A DNA stretch of 64,000 nucleotides, taken from a candidate division WOR-3 bacterium (GTDB taxonomy: Bacteria > Hydrothermota > Tepidihabitantia > SM23-42). A program made the translations under genes and the position numbers. The stretch spans positions 1,885,789-1,949,788 of the forward strand of contig CP070705.1 in the NCBI GenBank assembly GCA_020349965.1, in the 5' to 3' direction. The notes beneath the pieces were generated by a model. It saw only the letters and a program-made list of their open reading frames with translations, did no database searches and had not been told where the DNA came from. Positions 1 through 9,771 of this stretch are shown piece after piece (within the stretch, counting starts at the first letter, position 1; every line of letters starts with the position of its first letter).

Positions 1-1058
1 CTCCGTCGCGACGCCTGGAGTATGATGCCGACCGCCAAGAGATTGGCCGCCAGGGACCAGCCGCCGAATGAAATGAAGGGCAAGGGTATACCTGTCGGCG
101 GCAAGAGGCCGAGGCTCACGCCTACATGCACCAGGAAGATAATGAACACCGATGCATTTAGCCCTAAGACTACGAGCCTGGCGAATTCATCATCGACCGT
201 GCCAGCGACCGACAGACCACGCAAGTAGATCTGCCAATAGAAGATGAAGACAATGATGCATCCGATGAAGCCGAGTTCCTCGGCAATATGAGCGAAAATG
301 AAATCGTTATGAATGCCCGGCAGGAAAAGGAATTTCTGGAGGCCGGCGCCGGGCCCTTTACCGATCAGCCCACCAGAGCCAATGGCAATCAATGACTGTC
401 TGACCTGGTATGTAGGCTGCGAGATGAAATTGGTGATGCGGTATTGGGCGTGCGGAAATAATCCGATGAAGATAGCCAGCATCACGCTGCTAGCTGCACC
501 TGTTGCCAGCAGAAACTTCAATTTTGCACAGCCATATATCAACATGGCTATGACCGTTGCAAGGCATACAAAAGCCATTGAGATAGACGGCTGTACCGCA
601 ACAAGGATTATCGTCGTGAAGCAGATCACCAATATCGTGGCAAGCCCCCGATGCGTACTTGCAGTCTGTGGGTGCGCCGCGAAGAAATTCGCCAGGAAGA
701 AAACGAGCCAAATTCTCACGAATTCCGATACCTGCACGCCGACCGATGCGATAGCCAACGATCTCTTGGCACCGAACTGAAAACGTCCGGCCAGAACTGT
801 CAACAACAGACATACAATGATGAGCACAAGCAACGGCAAGAGCATCTTTCGTATCTTGTCGTAGGGTACGATGAGACCGAATACCAAGAATCCGATCGCT
901 ACCAGCACGCGCTTGAGGTGTGCCATCATGTAGTATGTCGAGTTTTCACCCTGACGCAGTGCGCGATAATAAGAAGAAGAGAAGACGAATATTATACCAA
1001 GGACGACCAAGCAGATAACGAGTAGTAATAATACACGATCAGTCTTGCCGTGCAGCAT
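1..1058 (-). CDS. ftsW: Cell division protein FtsW (SEDS family), partial. C-terminus lies beyond the window start. Not in the supplied ORF track because there is no in-window stop.
   Basis: Own translation of the reverse strand from ATG at 1058-1056. It gives MLHGKTDRVLLLLVICLVVLGIIFVFSSSYY... and the SEDS motifs GSGGLIGKGPGAGLQKFLFLPGIHNDFIFAHIAEELGFIG and LPPTGIPLPFISFGGWSL. No stop was seen down to position 1. It sits in the expected dcw position after murD. Confidence 0.8.
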   Translation of the reverse strand, partial: MLHGKTDRVLLLLVICLVVLGIIFVFSSSYYRALRQGENSTYYMMAHLKRVLVAIGFLVFGLIVPYDKIRKMLLPLLVLIIVCLLLTVLAGRFQFGAKRSLAIASVGVQVSEFVRIWLVFFLANFFAAHPQTASTHRGLATILVICFTTIILVAVQPSISMAFVCLATVIAMLIYGCAKLKFLLATGAASSVMLAIFIGLFPHAQYRITNFISQPTYQVRQSLIAIGSGGLIGKGPGAGLQKFLFLPGIHNDFIFAHIAEELGFIGCIIVFIFYWQIYLRGLSVAGTVDDEFARLVVLGLNASVFIIFLVHVGVSLGLLPPTGIPLPFISFGGWSLAANLLAVGIILQASRR

Positions 1059-2343
1059 TCTTGAATACCTCCCCCCGTTCTTCAAAATCCCTGAAACGAT
1101 CAAAAGATGCGAACCCCGGATTGAGAAATATGACATCCCCTGGTTCGGCGAATCTACGCGCCTTGACGACGGCATCGTTCATATCCCGGGCAATCGCATA
1201 ACGGTCGTACTGATGGGCCTCCAAATATTCGGCAATGAAGCCGGAATTTTCACCCAGGAGTACACAGGCCTTTGCATGTTTTATCAGCTCATCGAAATAT
1301 TGCGTTCCTTCATCGCCCTTGTGCCTTCCGCCGAGGATGACGATCTTCAAACCTTCAACTGCATGGAAAGAAGCGACCGCTGCACCAGCATTTGTGCACA
1401 TGGAATTATTGATGTAGCGGATATTGTGAATGACACCAACATCTTCCAAGCGATGCGGCAGGCCTTTGAAATTCATTACGCCTTGCTCGATTCGTGTCGT
1501 CGGAATCTGTAGGACCTTCGCGACCGCTATGGCGGCGGCTATATTCATAAAATTGTGGGTGCCGCGCAACGGCAGTCCGTTGTGGGCAAAAAGTTCAACT
1601 CCCTCGTAATGAAATTTACCGTCCCATGACACACCGCTCGTTGCATGCCTGCCAAAATAAACGGCACGTGCTTTGATTCTACCTGCCAGGTTCCTTATCC
1701 ACTCATCATCATAGTTCAGAACAGCATAGTCATTGCTCTCCTGGTTTGAGAATATCCTTTCCTTAGCTGTCCTGTATTCTTCCATGTCTGAATGCCAATT
1801 GAGATGGTCAATGCCTACGTTGGTGAGCACTGCCACATGCGGACGGAACGTTTCGATGCGCATCAGCTGAAACGACGATACCTCGAGTACGTAGTAATCG
1901 GACTTCTTTCCGACCATGACATGAGAGAAGGGCTTGCCTGGAGCTATGTTCCCGCCTAAAAAATGATCTTTTTGTGCGGCTGCGAGAATACTGCTGATCA
2001 GGGCGGCAGTCGTACTCTTACCATTCGTACCGGTCACGGCAATGACCGTCGGATGATTCAGCTGCTGGTAGACATACTCTATCTCATCGATCACCTTCGT
2101 GCCCTGCTTTGTGAGAATTTTGTATATCGACCTTCCCGGAGGAAAACCCGGTGACGAAATGGCAAGATCGTAGCGCTGTTCGTCAACATACAGCCCAACC
2201 TGCCCCCTGCTGATCAGTCGCTGCGCCTCTGCCGACAGACCGGCCATGTTCTCGTCATAGACATGCACCTGTTCTCTTTTTTCCACAAGGTAATGTGCAA
2301 CCGCAAGATTCGCACGCCCCAGCCCTAAAAGCAACACTTTCAA
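1039..2343 (-). CDS. murD: UDP-N-acetylmuramoylalanine--D-glutamate ligase MurD
   Basis: 434 aa. Mur-ligase P-loop VTGTNGKSTTAALI. Position in dcw cluster. Confidence 0.9.
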   Translation of the reverse strand: MKVLLLGLGRANLAVAHYLVEKREQVHVYDENMAGLSAEAQRLISRGQVGLYVDEQRYDLAISSPGFPPGRSIYKILTKQGTKVIDEIEYVYQQLNHPTVIAVTGTNGKSTTAALISSILAAAQKDHFLGGNIAPGKPFSHVMVGKKSDYYVLEVSSFQLMRIETFRPHVAVLTNVGIDHLNWHSDMEEYRTAKERIFSNQESNDYAVLNYDDEWIRNLAGRIKARAVYFGRHATSGVSWDGKFHYEGVELFAHNGLPLRGTHNFMNIAAAIAVAKVLQIPTTRIEQGVMNFKGLPHRLEDVGVIHNIRYINNSMCTNAGAAVASFHAVEGLKIVILGGRHKGDEGTQYFDELIKHAKACVLLGENSGFIAEYLEAHQYDRYAIARDMNDAVVKARRFAEPGDVIFLNPGFASFDRFRDFEERGEVFKNAARQD

Positions 2344-2347
2344 AGCA

Positions 2348-3433
2348 TCACCTTATCTTCAACGTTGAAAGGGCGAACATCAGGAAGATGATTCCGATTA
2401 TCCAAAATCGCACGACTATTTTGGGCTCAACGATGCCCTTCAGTTCGAAATGGTGGTGCAACGGTGCCATTCTGAATAAACGCTTCCCTCCGGTACGGCG
2501 AAAATAGATGACCTGTAGCAATACGGTCAAGACTTCCACGACGAAGACCCCGCCCACGAGCAGCAGCAGGATTTCCTGCTTGATCAGTATTGCCGCCGTG
2601 CCAATTATCGCACCGAGACTCAGTGCTCCCGTGTCACCCATGAACACTTGCGCGGGGTGAGCATTGAACCAAAGAAACCCAAGGCTCGCACCGAGTATGG
2701 CCGCACAATAGACGGTGATCTCACCGCCGTTTCGCAAGAATATAATGTTCAGATAGTCGCTGATCACCGCGTGTCCGGCAGCGTACGCCAGCGCGGCATA
2801 AGCAAGCGCGGCAACCCCGATCAATCCAATGGCCAAACCATCGAGACCGTCAGTCAGGTTGACTCCGTTTGAAGAACCGACCACTACAACAGCGACAAAA
2901 ACAGGGTAAAGCAGGCTGAAGCTGATGATGTAATTCTTGACGAATATGAGATTCGTCTTGTCTGCATAGCCCTCCGGACCAAAGAAAAACAGAAAGACCC
3001 CCAGGGAAAGCCCATAGATAAGCTGAAAGAGTAGCTTCTTGCGGATCGAGAGACCGCGAGGTTTCTGCTTGAATATCTTCACGTAATCATCCCAGAAACC
3101 CAGCAATCCAAAATATATCGTCGCGCTGAAAAGGATTAATATGTTGGGATTGCTCAGATCGCAAAACAGGAAAGACGAAACGAGGATAGAAAGTAGTATC
3201 AAGACGCCGCCCATCGAAGGCGTCCCTTCTTTAGAGCGATGGCCATCGGGCACCTCCATCCTCACTTTCTGTGTAACAGCCCGAGCTTTCATCAACCTTA
3301 TGAATCGCTGACCGAACACAAGAACGATGAGAATCGCAAAGACTGCAGCATAAGCGCTCCGGAATGTGATGTACCCGAAGAGTCTCAGGGGCCCGAAATA
3401 GTCACGCAGAGGATACAAGAGCCATAGCAGCAT
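2348..3433 (-). CDS. mraY: Phospho-N-acetylmuramoyl-pentapeptide transferase MraY
   Basis: 361 aa polytopic membrane protein. NLTDGLDGLAIG motif. dcw context. Confidence 0.9.
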   Translation of the reverse strand: MLLWLLYPLRDYFGPLRLFGYITFRSAYAAVFAILIVLVFGQRFIRLMKARAVTQKVRMEVPDGHRSKEGTPSMGGVLILLSILVSSFLFCDLSNPNILILFSATIYFGLLGFWDDYVKIFKQKPRGLSIRKKLLFQLIYGLSLGVFLFFFGPEGYADKTNLIFVKNYIISFSLLYPVFVAVVVVGSSNGVNLTDGLDGLAIGLIGVAALAYAALAYAAGHAVISDYLNIIFLRNGGEITVYCAAILGASLGFLWFNAHPAQVFMGDTGALSLGAIIGTAAILIKQEILLLLVGGVFVVEVLTVLLQVIYFRRTGGKRLFRMAPLHHHFELKGIVEPKIVVRFWIIGIIFLMFALSTLKIR

Positions 3434-3483
3434 AATGATTCATCCTTTCTCTGTAATTATCAGTGATCCAACTTTATGATTAT

Positions 3484-4764
3484 TCACCTTATCAACCTCG
3501 CCAGTGTTTCAACATATGTCTCGAAATGAAGTGCGCGAGACGCTTTAAACAAGACGACCTCGTCCCCGGCGATGTTATTCTTGAGGTATCGAAGCAATCG
3601 ATTCCTGTCCGTAAAATGCTCCCCATTGTAGTGCTCAGCTTGCTCACCAAAAGTTATGAGAAGATCTGCAGAATCTCTTGCATACTTTCCGATCTCATCA
3701 TGTAACTCCACCGCCTTTTCACCCAATTCCAGCATATCGCCTAATACATATATTTTCCTTCGTTTAATATGGCGCGTGAAATCGATGGCGGCTCTCATCG
3801 AAACCGGATTAGCATTGTATGTGTCGTTCACGACCAGCAACCTGCCCCAGTGGAGGGGTTCCATGCGGCCGGGCTCAGGCGGCACCTGAGCTAGCACGTT
3901 GCGCTGCACGCGATAAGCAACACCAAGCATGGCGGTTAAACGAATTGCCGCAAGACAATTGTACACATTGCCCATTCCCAACAGCCTGGTAAAATAAGGA
4001 CTTCCGTCGTACGAAAAGTATGAACCGCGCTCTGTAAGCGTGATCTCTTCCAGCATTTCAATGGAAAAACGCTCTACCCCGGACCGGGCGAGGTTACCCG
4101 TACCGTCGCCGATCAGGGATAGCCCGTTCTTTGGCAGGGCTTCAATCAGAGACATCTTCTCTTTCAGGACGCCTTCAATGGATTGCAGCCCTTCGAGGTG
4201 ACCTGACCCCACGTTGGTGATCAGGCCAATATCCGGCCTCGCGATGTCGCACAGGCGTTTTATTTCACCCGGTGCACTCGTTCCCATTTCCAAAACGAGG
4301 TAATCCTCATCGCCCTCCGACCTCAATATGGTGAGGGGCAGACCGATGAGTGAATTGTAATTATGCTTTGTGGGCAGGACCCTGCCGGTCATGCTCAGTA
4401 TCGCCGCAACCATGTTCTTTGCTGTCGTCTTTCCGTTGGTCCCGGTAATACCAATCGTTCTTGCCTTAACACCATCCCGGTAGCGGCGGGCTAGTTCTCC
4501 CAGCGAGAAGAGCGAATCGGAAACGAATATTTCCCGGCCTGTTGATTGAGGACGCTCGACGACCGAAGCGAGAGCACCTTGTTGCAGCGCATCGCGTACG
4601 TAGCTATGCCCGTCCGTCTGCCTTCCCTTGAGCGCGAAGAACAGGTCGCCGGGTCTTGTTTGCAATGAATTTATCGATACACCCCGCACCAATTCAGCCA
4701 CGCCGGTTCTGCCCCTTCCATTGATCATCCTGGTTATCTCCGCTAACGTAAATTCGCGAAACAT
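3484..4764 (-). CDS. murF: UDP-MurNAc-tripeptide--D-Ala-D-Ala ligase MurF
   Basis: 426 aa. GITGTNGKTTAKNMV P-loop. dcw context. Confidence 0.85.
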   Translation of the reverse strand: MFREFTLAEITRMINGRGRTGVAELVRGVSINSLQTRPGDLFFALKGRQTDGHSYVRDALQQGALASVVERPQSTGREIFVSDSLFSLGELARRYRDGVKARTIGITGTNGKTTAKNMVAAILSMTGRVLPTKHNYNSLIGLPLTILRSEGDEDYLVLEMGTSAPGEIKRLCDIARPDIGLITNVGSGHLEGLQSIEGVLKEKMSLIEALPKNGLSLIGDGTGNLARSGVERFSIEMLEEITLTERGSYFSYDGSPYFTRLLGMGNVYNCLAAIRLTAMLGVAYRVQRNVLAQVPPEPGRMEPLHWGRLLVVNDTYNANPVSMRAAIDFTRHIKRRKIYVLGDMLELGEKAVELHDEIGKYARDSADLLITFGEQAEHYNGEHFTDRNRLLRYLKNNIAGDEVVLFKASRALHFETYVETLARLIR

Positions 4765-6167
4765 TTCCTGATCTCCGCGCTATCGCTGAACTCAATGACT
4801 TCATCGTTGACTATTTGATACTCCTCATGCCCCTTACCGGCAATGATCACTATGTCCTTTTCCCTGCGCGACGTAATTGCGCGTCTTATTGCCGCAGCCC
4901 GGTCTTCGATAACAACGTGATTGTTGCCGGGCATACCGCGCAGAATATCGGCGATGATCTGCCCAGGCGGTTCACCGCGTGGGTTGTCCGAAGTAACTAT
5001 GACTTCATCCGCGAGGCTCGAAGCAACCGCTCCCATCTTCGGGCGTTTGTCACGGTCACGATCGCCACCGCATCCAAAGACGATTATCAACTTACCGGAT
5101 GTGTATTTCCTGAAGGCTCGCAACAGTTTTTCGACGGCCGCTGGTGTATGGGCGTAGTCAACAAATATTCTGTCTACAACACATTCCATTCGGCCAGGAA
5201 CTTTTTCCATTTTCTCGATTCCTCTGATGATCATCTCTGTATCAACATCCAGCGCCACACCTACGGAAATCGCAGCAAGAATATTATGAAGATTAAAATC
5301 CCCGATCAGCGGTGATCTTACTTCGAACTTCTCCGTGCCACGCCGCACCTCTATCCGCAGCCCGTCGAGAGATTGTTCAATGATCCGGCCGTCTATATCG
5401 TTCCCTCCATTCCTACCGTATGACACTTTATTTGCAAGCGGCATGGCCTCGATCATGATGCTGCTTTCATCATCCCGGTTATAGACAGCGTAGCCTTCAC
5501 TTCCGAGCAAAGAGAATAGATGCAACTTCGAACGCAGGTAATCTTCCATCGTCACATGAAAATCGAGATGATCCTGTGAAATATTGGTGAAGACGGCGAC
5601 GTCGAATCTGATGCCTTCAACTCGTTTCAGTTTAAGTGCGTGGGAAGATACCTCCATGACCGCGCAGTCAATCGAATGTTCTGTGAACCGTTTGAATATC
5701 TTATAAATATCAAGAAGTTCCGGGGTTGTACGGGTTGCCTTTTCTCTCGTAGCACCGAGATAATAGACGGTGCCAATCAATCCGGGCCTTCTACCCGCCT
5801 GAGCGAGTATTGAATGGACGAGGAAGGTGGTCGTAGTCTTGCCATTAGTACCGGTCACACCGATTTTGGTCAGCTCGTCGAATTCACCATAGAAGCGTGC
5901 GCCTATTATCGCAAGGACTTCCCTCGGATTCTCCACGACAATCTGAGGCAGGTCCGTTGCCACTTTGCGTTGTACTATAACAGCCACCGCACCTGCATTT
6001 TCTGCATCGTCAACGAAATCATGGCCGTCGTAACGTGCCCCCGCAATGGCCACGTAGAGTGCCCCCGGTTTGACCTTTCTTGAATCGAACTCTATTGATT
6101 GTACCTCGGCTTCCCTCATGCCATATCGCTGCAAAGGAATACCGGAGATCAATCTACTTAGCTGCAT
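4743..6167 (-). CDS. murE: UDP-MurNAc-L-Ala-D-Glu--2,6-diaminopimelate ligase MurE
   Basis: 474 aa. GVTGTNGKTTTTFL P-loop and TSDNPRGE motif. Confidence 0.9.
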   Translation of the reverse strand: MQLSRLISGIPLQRYGMREAEVQSIEFDSRKVKPGALYVAIAGARYDGHDFVDDAENAGAVAVIVQRKVATDLPQIVVENPREVLAIIGARFYGEFDELTKIGVTGTNGKTTTTFLVHSILAQAGRRPGLIGTVYYLGATREKATRTTPELLDIYKIFKRFTEHSIDCAVMEVSSHALKLKRVEGIRFDVAVFTNISQDHLDFHVTMEDYLRSKLHLFSLLGSEGYAVYNRDDESSIMIEAMPLANKVSYGRNGGNDIDGRIIEQSLDGLRIEVRRGTEKFEVRSPLIGDFNLHNILAAISVGVALDVDTEMIIRGIEKMEKVPGRMECVVDRIFVDYAHTPAAVEKLLRAFRKYTSGKLIIVFGCGGDRDRDKRPKMGAVASSLADEVIVTSDNPRGEPPGQIIADILRGMPGNNHVVIEDRAAAIRRAITSRREKDIVIIAGKGHEEYQIVNDEVIEFSDSAEIRKCFANLR

Positions 6168-7779
6168 AGCGGTAGGAGTTCATCTGATAGACACTTTGCG
6201 CAACTTCCTTGAATACCGGTGCTACAATCGTACTCGCCCAGTAGCCACTCTTTGGCTCATCAACCATGAGCATGATGAGATAGTCAGGATCATCCGCCGG
6301 AAAGTAACCGACGAAGGTTGCGACGACCGAAGTCCTCGAATAAGAGCCGTTTATGACCTTCTGAGCGGTTCCGGTCTTGCCGGCTATCTTTACACCGTTG
6401 AAGGCAGCGGCCGTCCCGCTCCCCTCATCGACAACTGCACAGAGAATATCGGTCACCCTGTGTGCCAGTGATTCGTCGATAGCACGCCGTATCCTCAGAG
6501 GTCTGGACTTGTGCACCTTCGTCTGTTTACTCATCACGGCCGCCACCAGAGTCGGTTTGTACAATACACCTCCGTTTGCGATCGTTTGATACGCCATTGC
6601 CAGTTGCAGCATGTTTACGGTAAGACCCTGACCAAAGGCAAGTGTCGCAAAATCTACATCATTCAGCTTCCGGGCTTCTGGCAGCCTGCCGCGAACCTCA
6701 CCGGGGAATTCAATGCCCGTAATTTCACCAAATCCAAAATCGCGCACCAGCAGAAGAAAGCGTTCGCGGTCGAATTCTCGTGACAGCTTAACCATCGCCA
6801 CGTTGCTTGAGTGAGCGACCGCCTGTTTCAACGTCACAACACCGTAGTCGCGATAGTCATTGATCATGTGACCGCGCACCTTTATCTTGCCAGCCTCGGT
6901 GTCGATCCTGTCCGTATCGCGCGCCCCGTTCATCAAGGCAAACGTAAGTGGCATCAATTTAAACGTGGACCCCGGTTCGAATTCATCACAGATGATATGA
7001 TTTCTTGAATCGTGCTCTCGCCCAACATTCACCATGGCCAAGATATTACCGGTCCTGGGCTCGATGATCAAACCAGCGGCAAGTTGTGCATCCTCTTTTT
7101 CCATACATTCCTTCAATTTTTCGTGAAGGATCGCCTGCAGCTGCAGGTCGACCGTAAGATAAAGATCACAACCCGGTTGCGGTTCCTTCTCCGGATAGTT
7201 GTGGTACGGGAATACTCCTCCTGCAGGATCTTTTTGATAGACTGCAAACCCGGCCTCACCGCTGAGAATGTCGTCAAACTGTACCTCCAACCCCTCGATA
7301 CCCCGGTTGTCCGAACCACACCTGCCAATCATACTCGCAAAGATGTCCGGCATATTGTACCTTCGGTTCAGATCATGGGTATAACCGATGCTCGGATCAT
7401 CTATGGCCAGATAACGATCAAGCTGTTCTTTGTCCACCTTCATCTCTACCCAGAAAAATTCGCCCTTGTCGATCATCTGCCTGATGTGACCTCTCGACTT
7501 ACTTGATATACTCGACAGACCGCTCGTCAATTTCTGCATGTCCACGGCATAGCGTGGTGTGCAAAAAACCGAATAGCATTGCTCTGACGTGGCGATCGGT
7601 AACCCATTGCGGTCGTATATATTACCGCGAGAGCCGAGTAGTATGAATTTTCTCTCATGCTGCTGCTTGGCTCGCTTTTCATAGTAGTGATGCCTGAAAC
7701 ATTGAACGTAGAAAAGGTATGAAAAGAAGACACACGAAACGAAAAAGAGAAGGAAATTGAGTATCTTTGTCCGTATCAC
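6154..7779 (-). CDS. ftsI: Penicillin-binding protein (peptidoglycan transpeptidase FtsI/PBP3-like)
   Basis: 541 aa. N-terminal TM segment. Transpeptidase motifs STFK (EPGSTFKLMP), SSN (AHSSNVAMV) and KTG (AGKTGTAQ). Confidence 0.85.
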   Translation of the reverse strand: MIRTKILNFLLFFVSCVFFSYLFYVQCFRHHYYEKRAKQQHERKFILLGSRGNIYDRNGLPIATSEQCYSVFCTPRYAVDMQKLTSGLSSISSKSRGHIRQMIDKGEFFWVEMKVDKEQLDRYLAIDDPSIGYTHDLNRRYNMPDIFASMIGRCGSDNRGIEGLEVQFDDILSGEAGFAVYQKDPAGGVFPYHNYPEKEPQPGCDLYLTVDLQLQAILHEKLKECMEKEDAQLAAGLIIEPRTGNILAMVNVGREHDSRNHIICDEFEPGSTFKLMPLTFALMNGARDTDRIDTEAGKIKVRGHMINDYRDYGVVTLKQAVAHSSNVAMVKLSREFDRERFLLLVRDFGFGEITGIEFPGEVRGRLPEARKLNDVDFATLAFGQGLTVNMLQLAMAYQTIANGGVLYKPTLVAAVMSKQTKVHKSRPLRIRRAIDESLAHRVTDILCAVVDEGSGTAAAFNGVKIAGKTGTAQKVINGSYSRTSVVATFVGYFPADDPDYLIMLMVDEPKSGYWASTIVAPVFKEVAQSVYQMNSYRYAAK

Positions 7780-8027
7780 TCGACCGCTCCCAAAATATCT
7801 TCGCTCGACGGGAAAACATAACCCATCTTCTTTGCCGCAGCCTCAATACGTGCAAGGTTGGTGTGATAAATCAGCTGTGACTCCAACTGCGTCCTCTCAT
7901 TCTCCAATCTGATGACATCGTTTCTCAAATCCTCCTTACGGACCTCGATCCGGACTAACTCGCTTTCAATGAACACAAGAACGAACAGATATACGATGGC
8001 AGACACAAATAACATCAGGACCCGCAT
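7776..8027 (-). CDS. ftsL: FtsL-like cell division protein (small bitopic, coiled-coil)
   Basis: 83 aa. One TM helix followed by a heptad-rich segment. It overlaps rsmH and ftsI, as expected in dcw clusters. Confidence 0.55.
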   Translation of the reverse strand: MRVLMLFVSAIVYLFVLVFIESELVRIEVRKEDLRNDVIRLENERTQLESQLIYHTNLARIEAAAKKMGYVFPSSEDILGAVE

Positions 8028-8899
8028 TTCTCGATCATCCGTAGTTTGGCGCTTCGCGCGCTCGGATTGACTTTGACTTCATTATCAAGCGGCTTCACTG
8101 CCTTCTTACGCAGTAGCACGACCTTCCCTTCTTTACTCTTATCCCGGAAAAACCGCTTCACGATGCGATCTTCACCCGAGTGGTACGAAATGACCAGCAT
8201 GCGACCGCCTCGATGCAAACTTTGAAGTGCCACCACAAGCCCCAGACGGAGATTGTTCAGTTCGTCGTTCGTCCAGATCCGCAGCGCTTGAAATACTTTG
8301 TGCAGATTCTTCTTAAGAAACCGCCGGGGAACGGCGTTTTCAATTAGATTCCTCAGTTCGAGAGTCGAGGTAAGATGTACCCTGTGCTCGTAGATCTCCC
8401 TTCCCAACCTGCGATAGTTACGTACATCGCCGTATTCCTTCAAGATCCTCGCAACCTCCTCTTTCGATGACCGACGCAGTTTTTCGGACAAAGCCAGGTA
8501 ACGTGGTGACATACGCATGAGCAGACGACCCTGACGCTCAAAACTGAAACCGCGGCTGGCCGTCGTCACCTGGTGATATGACACACCCAAGTCGAACAGA
8601 ATGCCGTTGACCAAGGCGATATTTAGTTTGTCAAGGATTAAATCTAGATTAATAAAATTATCCTCGAAGAGCCAGCAACGCTTGCTGAAGCCTACCGTTT
8701 GGCGCCGGCTGTAGTCAATAGCGGCCGGGTCGCAATCGACACCTATGAATTTAGCCGTCTTCGTACTCTTCAACATGGCTGTAAGATGGCCCCCGCCGCC
8801 CACAGTGCAGTCGCAATAAATCCCATTCTCTTTCAATCCCATCCAGTCCAGAACCTCATTGAGCAACACAGGTCGGTGGTAAACCTGCTGCGATATCAT
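8015..8899 (-). CDS. rsmH: 16S rRNA (cytosine1402-N4)-methyltransferase RsmH/MraW
   Basis: 294 aa. SAM-binding DCTVGGGGH motif. Confidence 0.9.
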   Translation of the reverse strand: MISQQVYHRPVLLNEVLDWMGLKENGIYCDCTVGGGGHLTAMLKSTKTAKFIGVDCDPAAIDYSRRQTVGFSKRCWLFEDNFINLDLILDKLNIALVNGILFDLGVSYHQVTTASRGFSFERQGRLLMRMSPRYLALSEKLRRSSKEEVARILKEYGDVRNYRRLGREIYEHRVHLTSTLELRNLIENAVPRRFLKKNLHKVFQALRIWTNDELNNLRLGLVVALQSLHRGGRMLVISYHSGEDRIVKRFFRDKSKEGKVVLLRKKAVKPLDNEVKVNPSARSAKLRMIEKCGS

Positions 8900-8902
8900 T
8901 TA

Positions 8903-9244
8903 TCAGGAGAAGCTTTTCAGTGCAGCCCTGCGCGATGGATATATCTCGAAGGGATAGAATCCATACAACCTGAGGATGTCGTACAGATAGGGCGAGACGT
9001 TCACAAGTTTTATGTCGCCTCCGAATTTCTTGAATTTTTGCTGGTATTCGATGAGAAGACCAACGACTTTATAATTTATGTGGCTGACCCGGGAAAGATC
9101 AATTATTATGTTCAGATCATTGTCCTCGATCATCTCTTTCAATTTCAATTCAATCTTCCCGAATCCCTGCTCATCGATTTCACCGCTTGGCAAAAAGAAA
9201 GAGACTTTCTTGTCTTTCATTGCCTCAACCGCCTGTATTTTCAT
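8903..9244 (-). CDS. STAS-domain protein (anti-sigma-factor antagonist SpoIIAA-like) inserted between mraZ and rsmH
   Basis: 113 aa. STAS signature ...IIIDLSRVSHINYKVVGLLIEY...GGDIKLVNVSP. The usual phosphorylatable Ser of the DSSGLG motif is replaced (INYKVVG). Stop is 4 nt from the rsmH start. Confidence 0.7.
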   Translation of the reverse strand: MKIQAVEAMKDKKVSFFLPSGEIDEQGFGKIELKLKEMIEDNDLNIIIDLSRVSHINYKVVGLLIEYQQKFKKFGGDIKLVNVSPYLYDILRLYGFYPFEIYPSRRAALKSFS

Positions 9245-9722
9245 CTTTCCTCCTTCTCAATTCCTCGATGCTCTCGGCATCCTCTAAATAGAATTTCTCG
9301 ATTTCCTTACCAAACATCTCGTAGCTATCAGGAGACCAAAGTTCTATGTAATTTATTTCACCGACGATCACAACCTCTTTCACGATGTGGGCATGTGTGA
9401 GAAGGAAATCCGGGATCAATATTCTTCCCTGAGCATCCAGTCGATCTTCTTTAATGCCGAAGGTGAAGTGGCGCCGATACCTGCGTGACTTGAGGTAATC
9501 CATTGAAAGAGATAAGAGCTCTCTGTCTTCTATCTCCTCCCATGTCTTCAGCGGGTACACGGCTATCTCGCGGTCATACCCCGGAGTCAAGATCACCCTT
9601 CCTTCAGACTCATGGTTCAGCATATTGCGAAACTGACTCGGGATGGCAAGCCGTTTCCGCTCATCCAGTATGTGGGTGAAGAATCCACGGAATCTAACTT
9701 TCCCCATTTCTCCCCATTTCAC
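9225..9722 (-). CDS. mraZ: Transcriptional regulator MraZ. Alternative start at 9707 (MGKVRFRGFF...) aligns better with the E. coli MFRGATLV N-terminus.
   Basis: FRGFFTHILDERKRLAIPSQFR aligns to the MraZ N-terminal consensus. First gene of the dcw cluster. Confidence 0.85.
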   Translation of the reverse strand: MKWGEMGKVRFRGFFTHILDERKRLAIPSQFRNMLNHESEGRVILTPGYDREIAVYPLKTWEEIEDRELLSLSMDYLKSRRYRRHFTFGIKEDRLDAQGRILIPDFLLTHAHIVKEVVIVGEINYIELWSPDSYEMFGKEIEKFYLEDAESIEELRRRKDENTGG

Positions 9723-9729
9723 CCCATTT
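9702..9729 (-). promoter_or_regulatory. Three 10-bp-periodic direct repeats AATGGGG (forward strand ccccattt x3) straddling the mraZ start; MraZ-box-like operator
   Basis: Forward 9701-9730 reads tccccatttc tccccatttc accccatttt. Periodicity is exactly 10 bp. The known MraZ operator architecture is GTGGG-type direct repeats with 10-bp spacing. Confidence 0.5.
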
Positions 9730-9753
9730 TACATATTATTTGTATTTTGTCAA
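9726..9753 (-). promoter_or_regulatory. Candidate sigma70 promoter of the dcw operon (minus strand): TTGACA-16-TAAAAT
   Basis: Minus-strand TTGACA at 9753-9748 and TAAAAT at 9731-9726. Confidence 0.45.
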
Positions 9754-9771
9754 GTACTAAGATGCGTCAAA

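Noticed and set aside
313-1025. Plus-strand ORFs 313-780 and 651-1025 and minus-strand ORF 490-813 from the six-frame track
   Set aside because: These are alternative-frame or antisense shadows of ftsW. The minus-strand frame starting at 1058 carries unmistakable SEDS motifs and runs open to position 1, but it was absent from the track because it lacks an in-window stop.
9701-9730. Considered whether the ccccattt x3 repeats could be a degenerate CRISPR or mini-satellite
   Set aside because: There are only three 10-bp units, no spacers, and they overlap a promoter and start codon. An operator (MraZ-box-like) is the better explanation.
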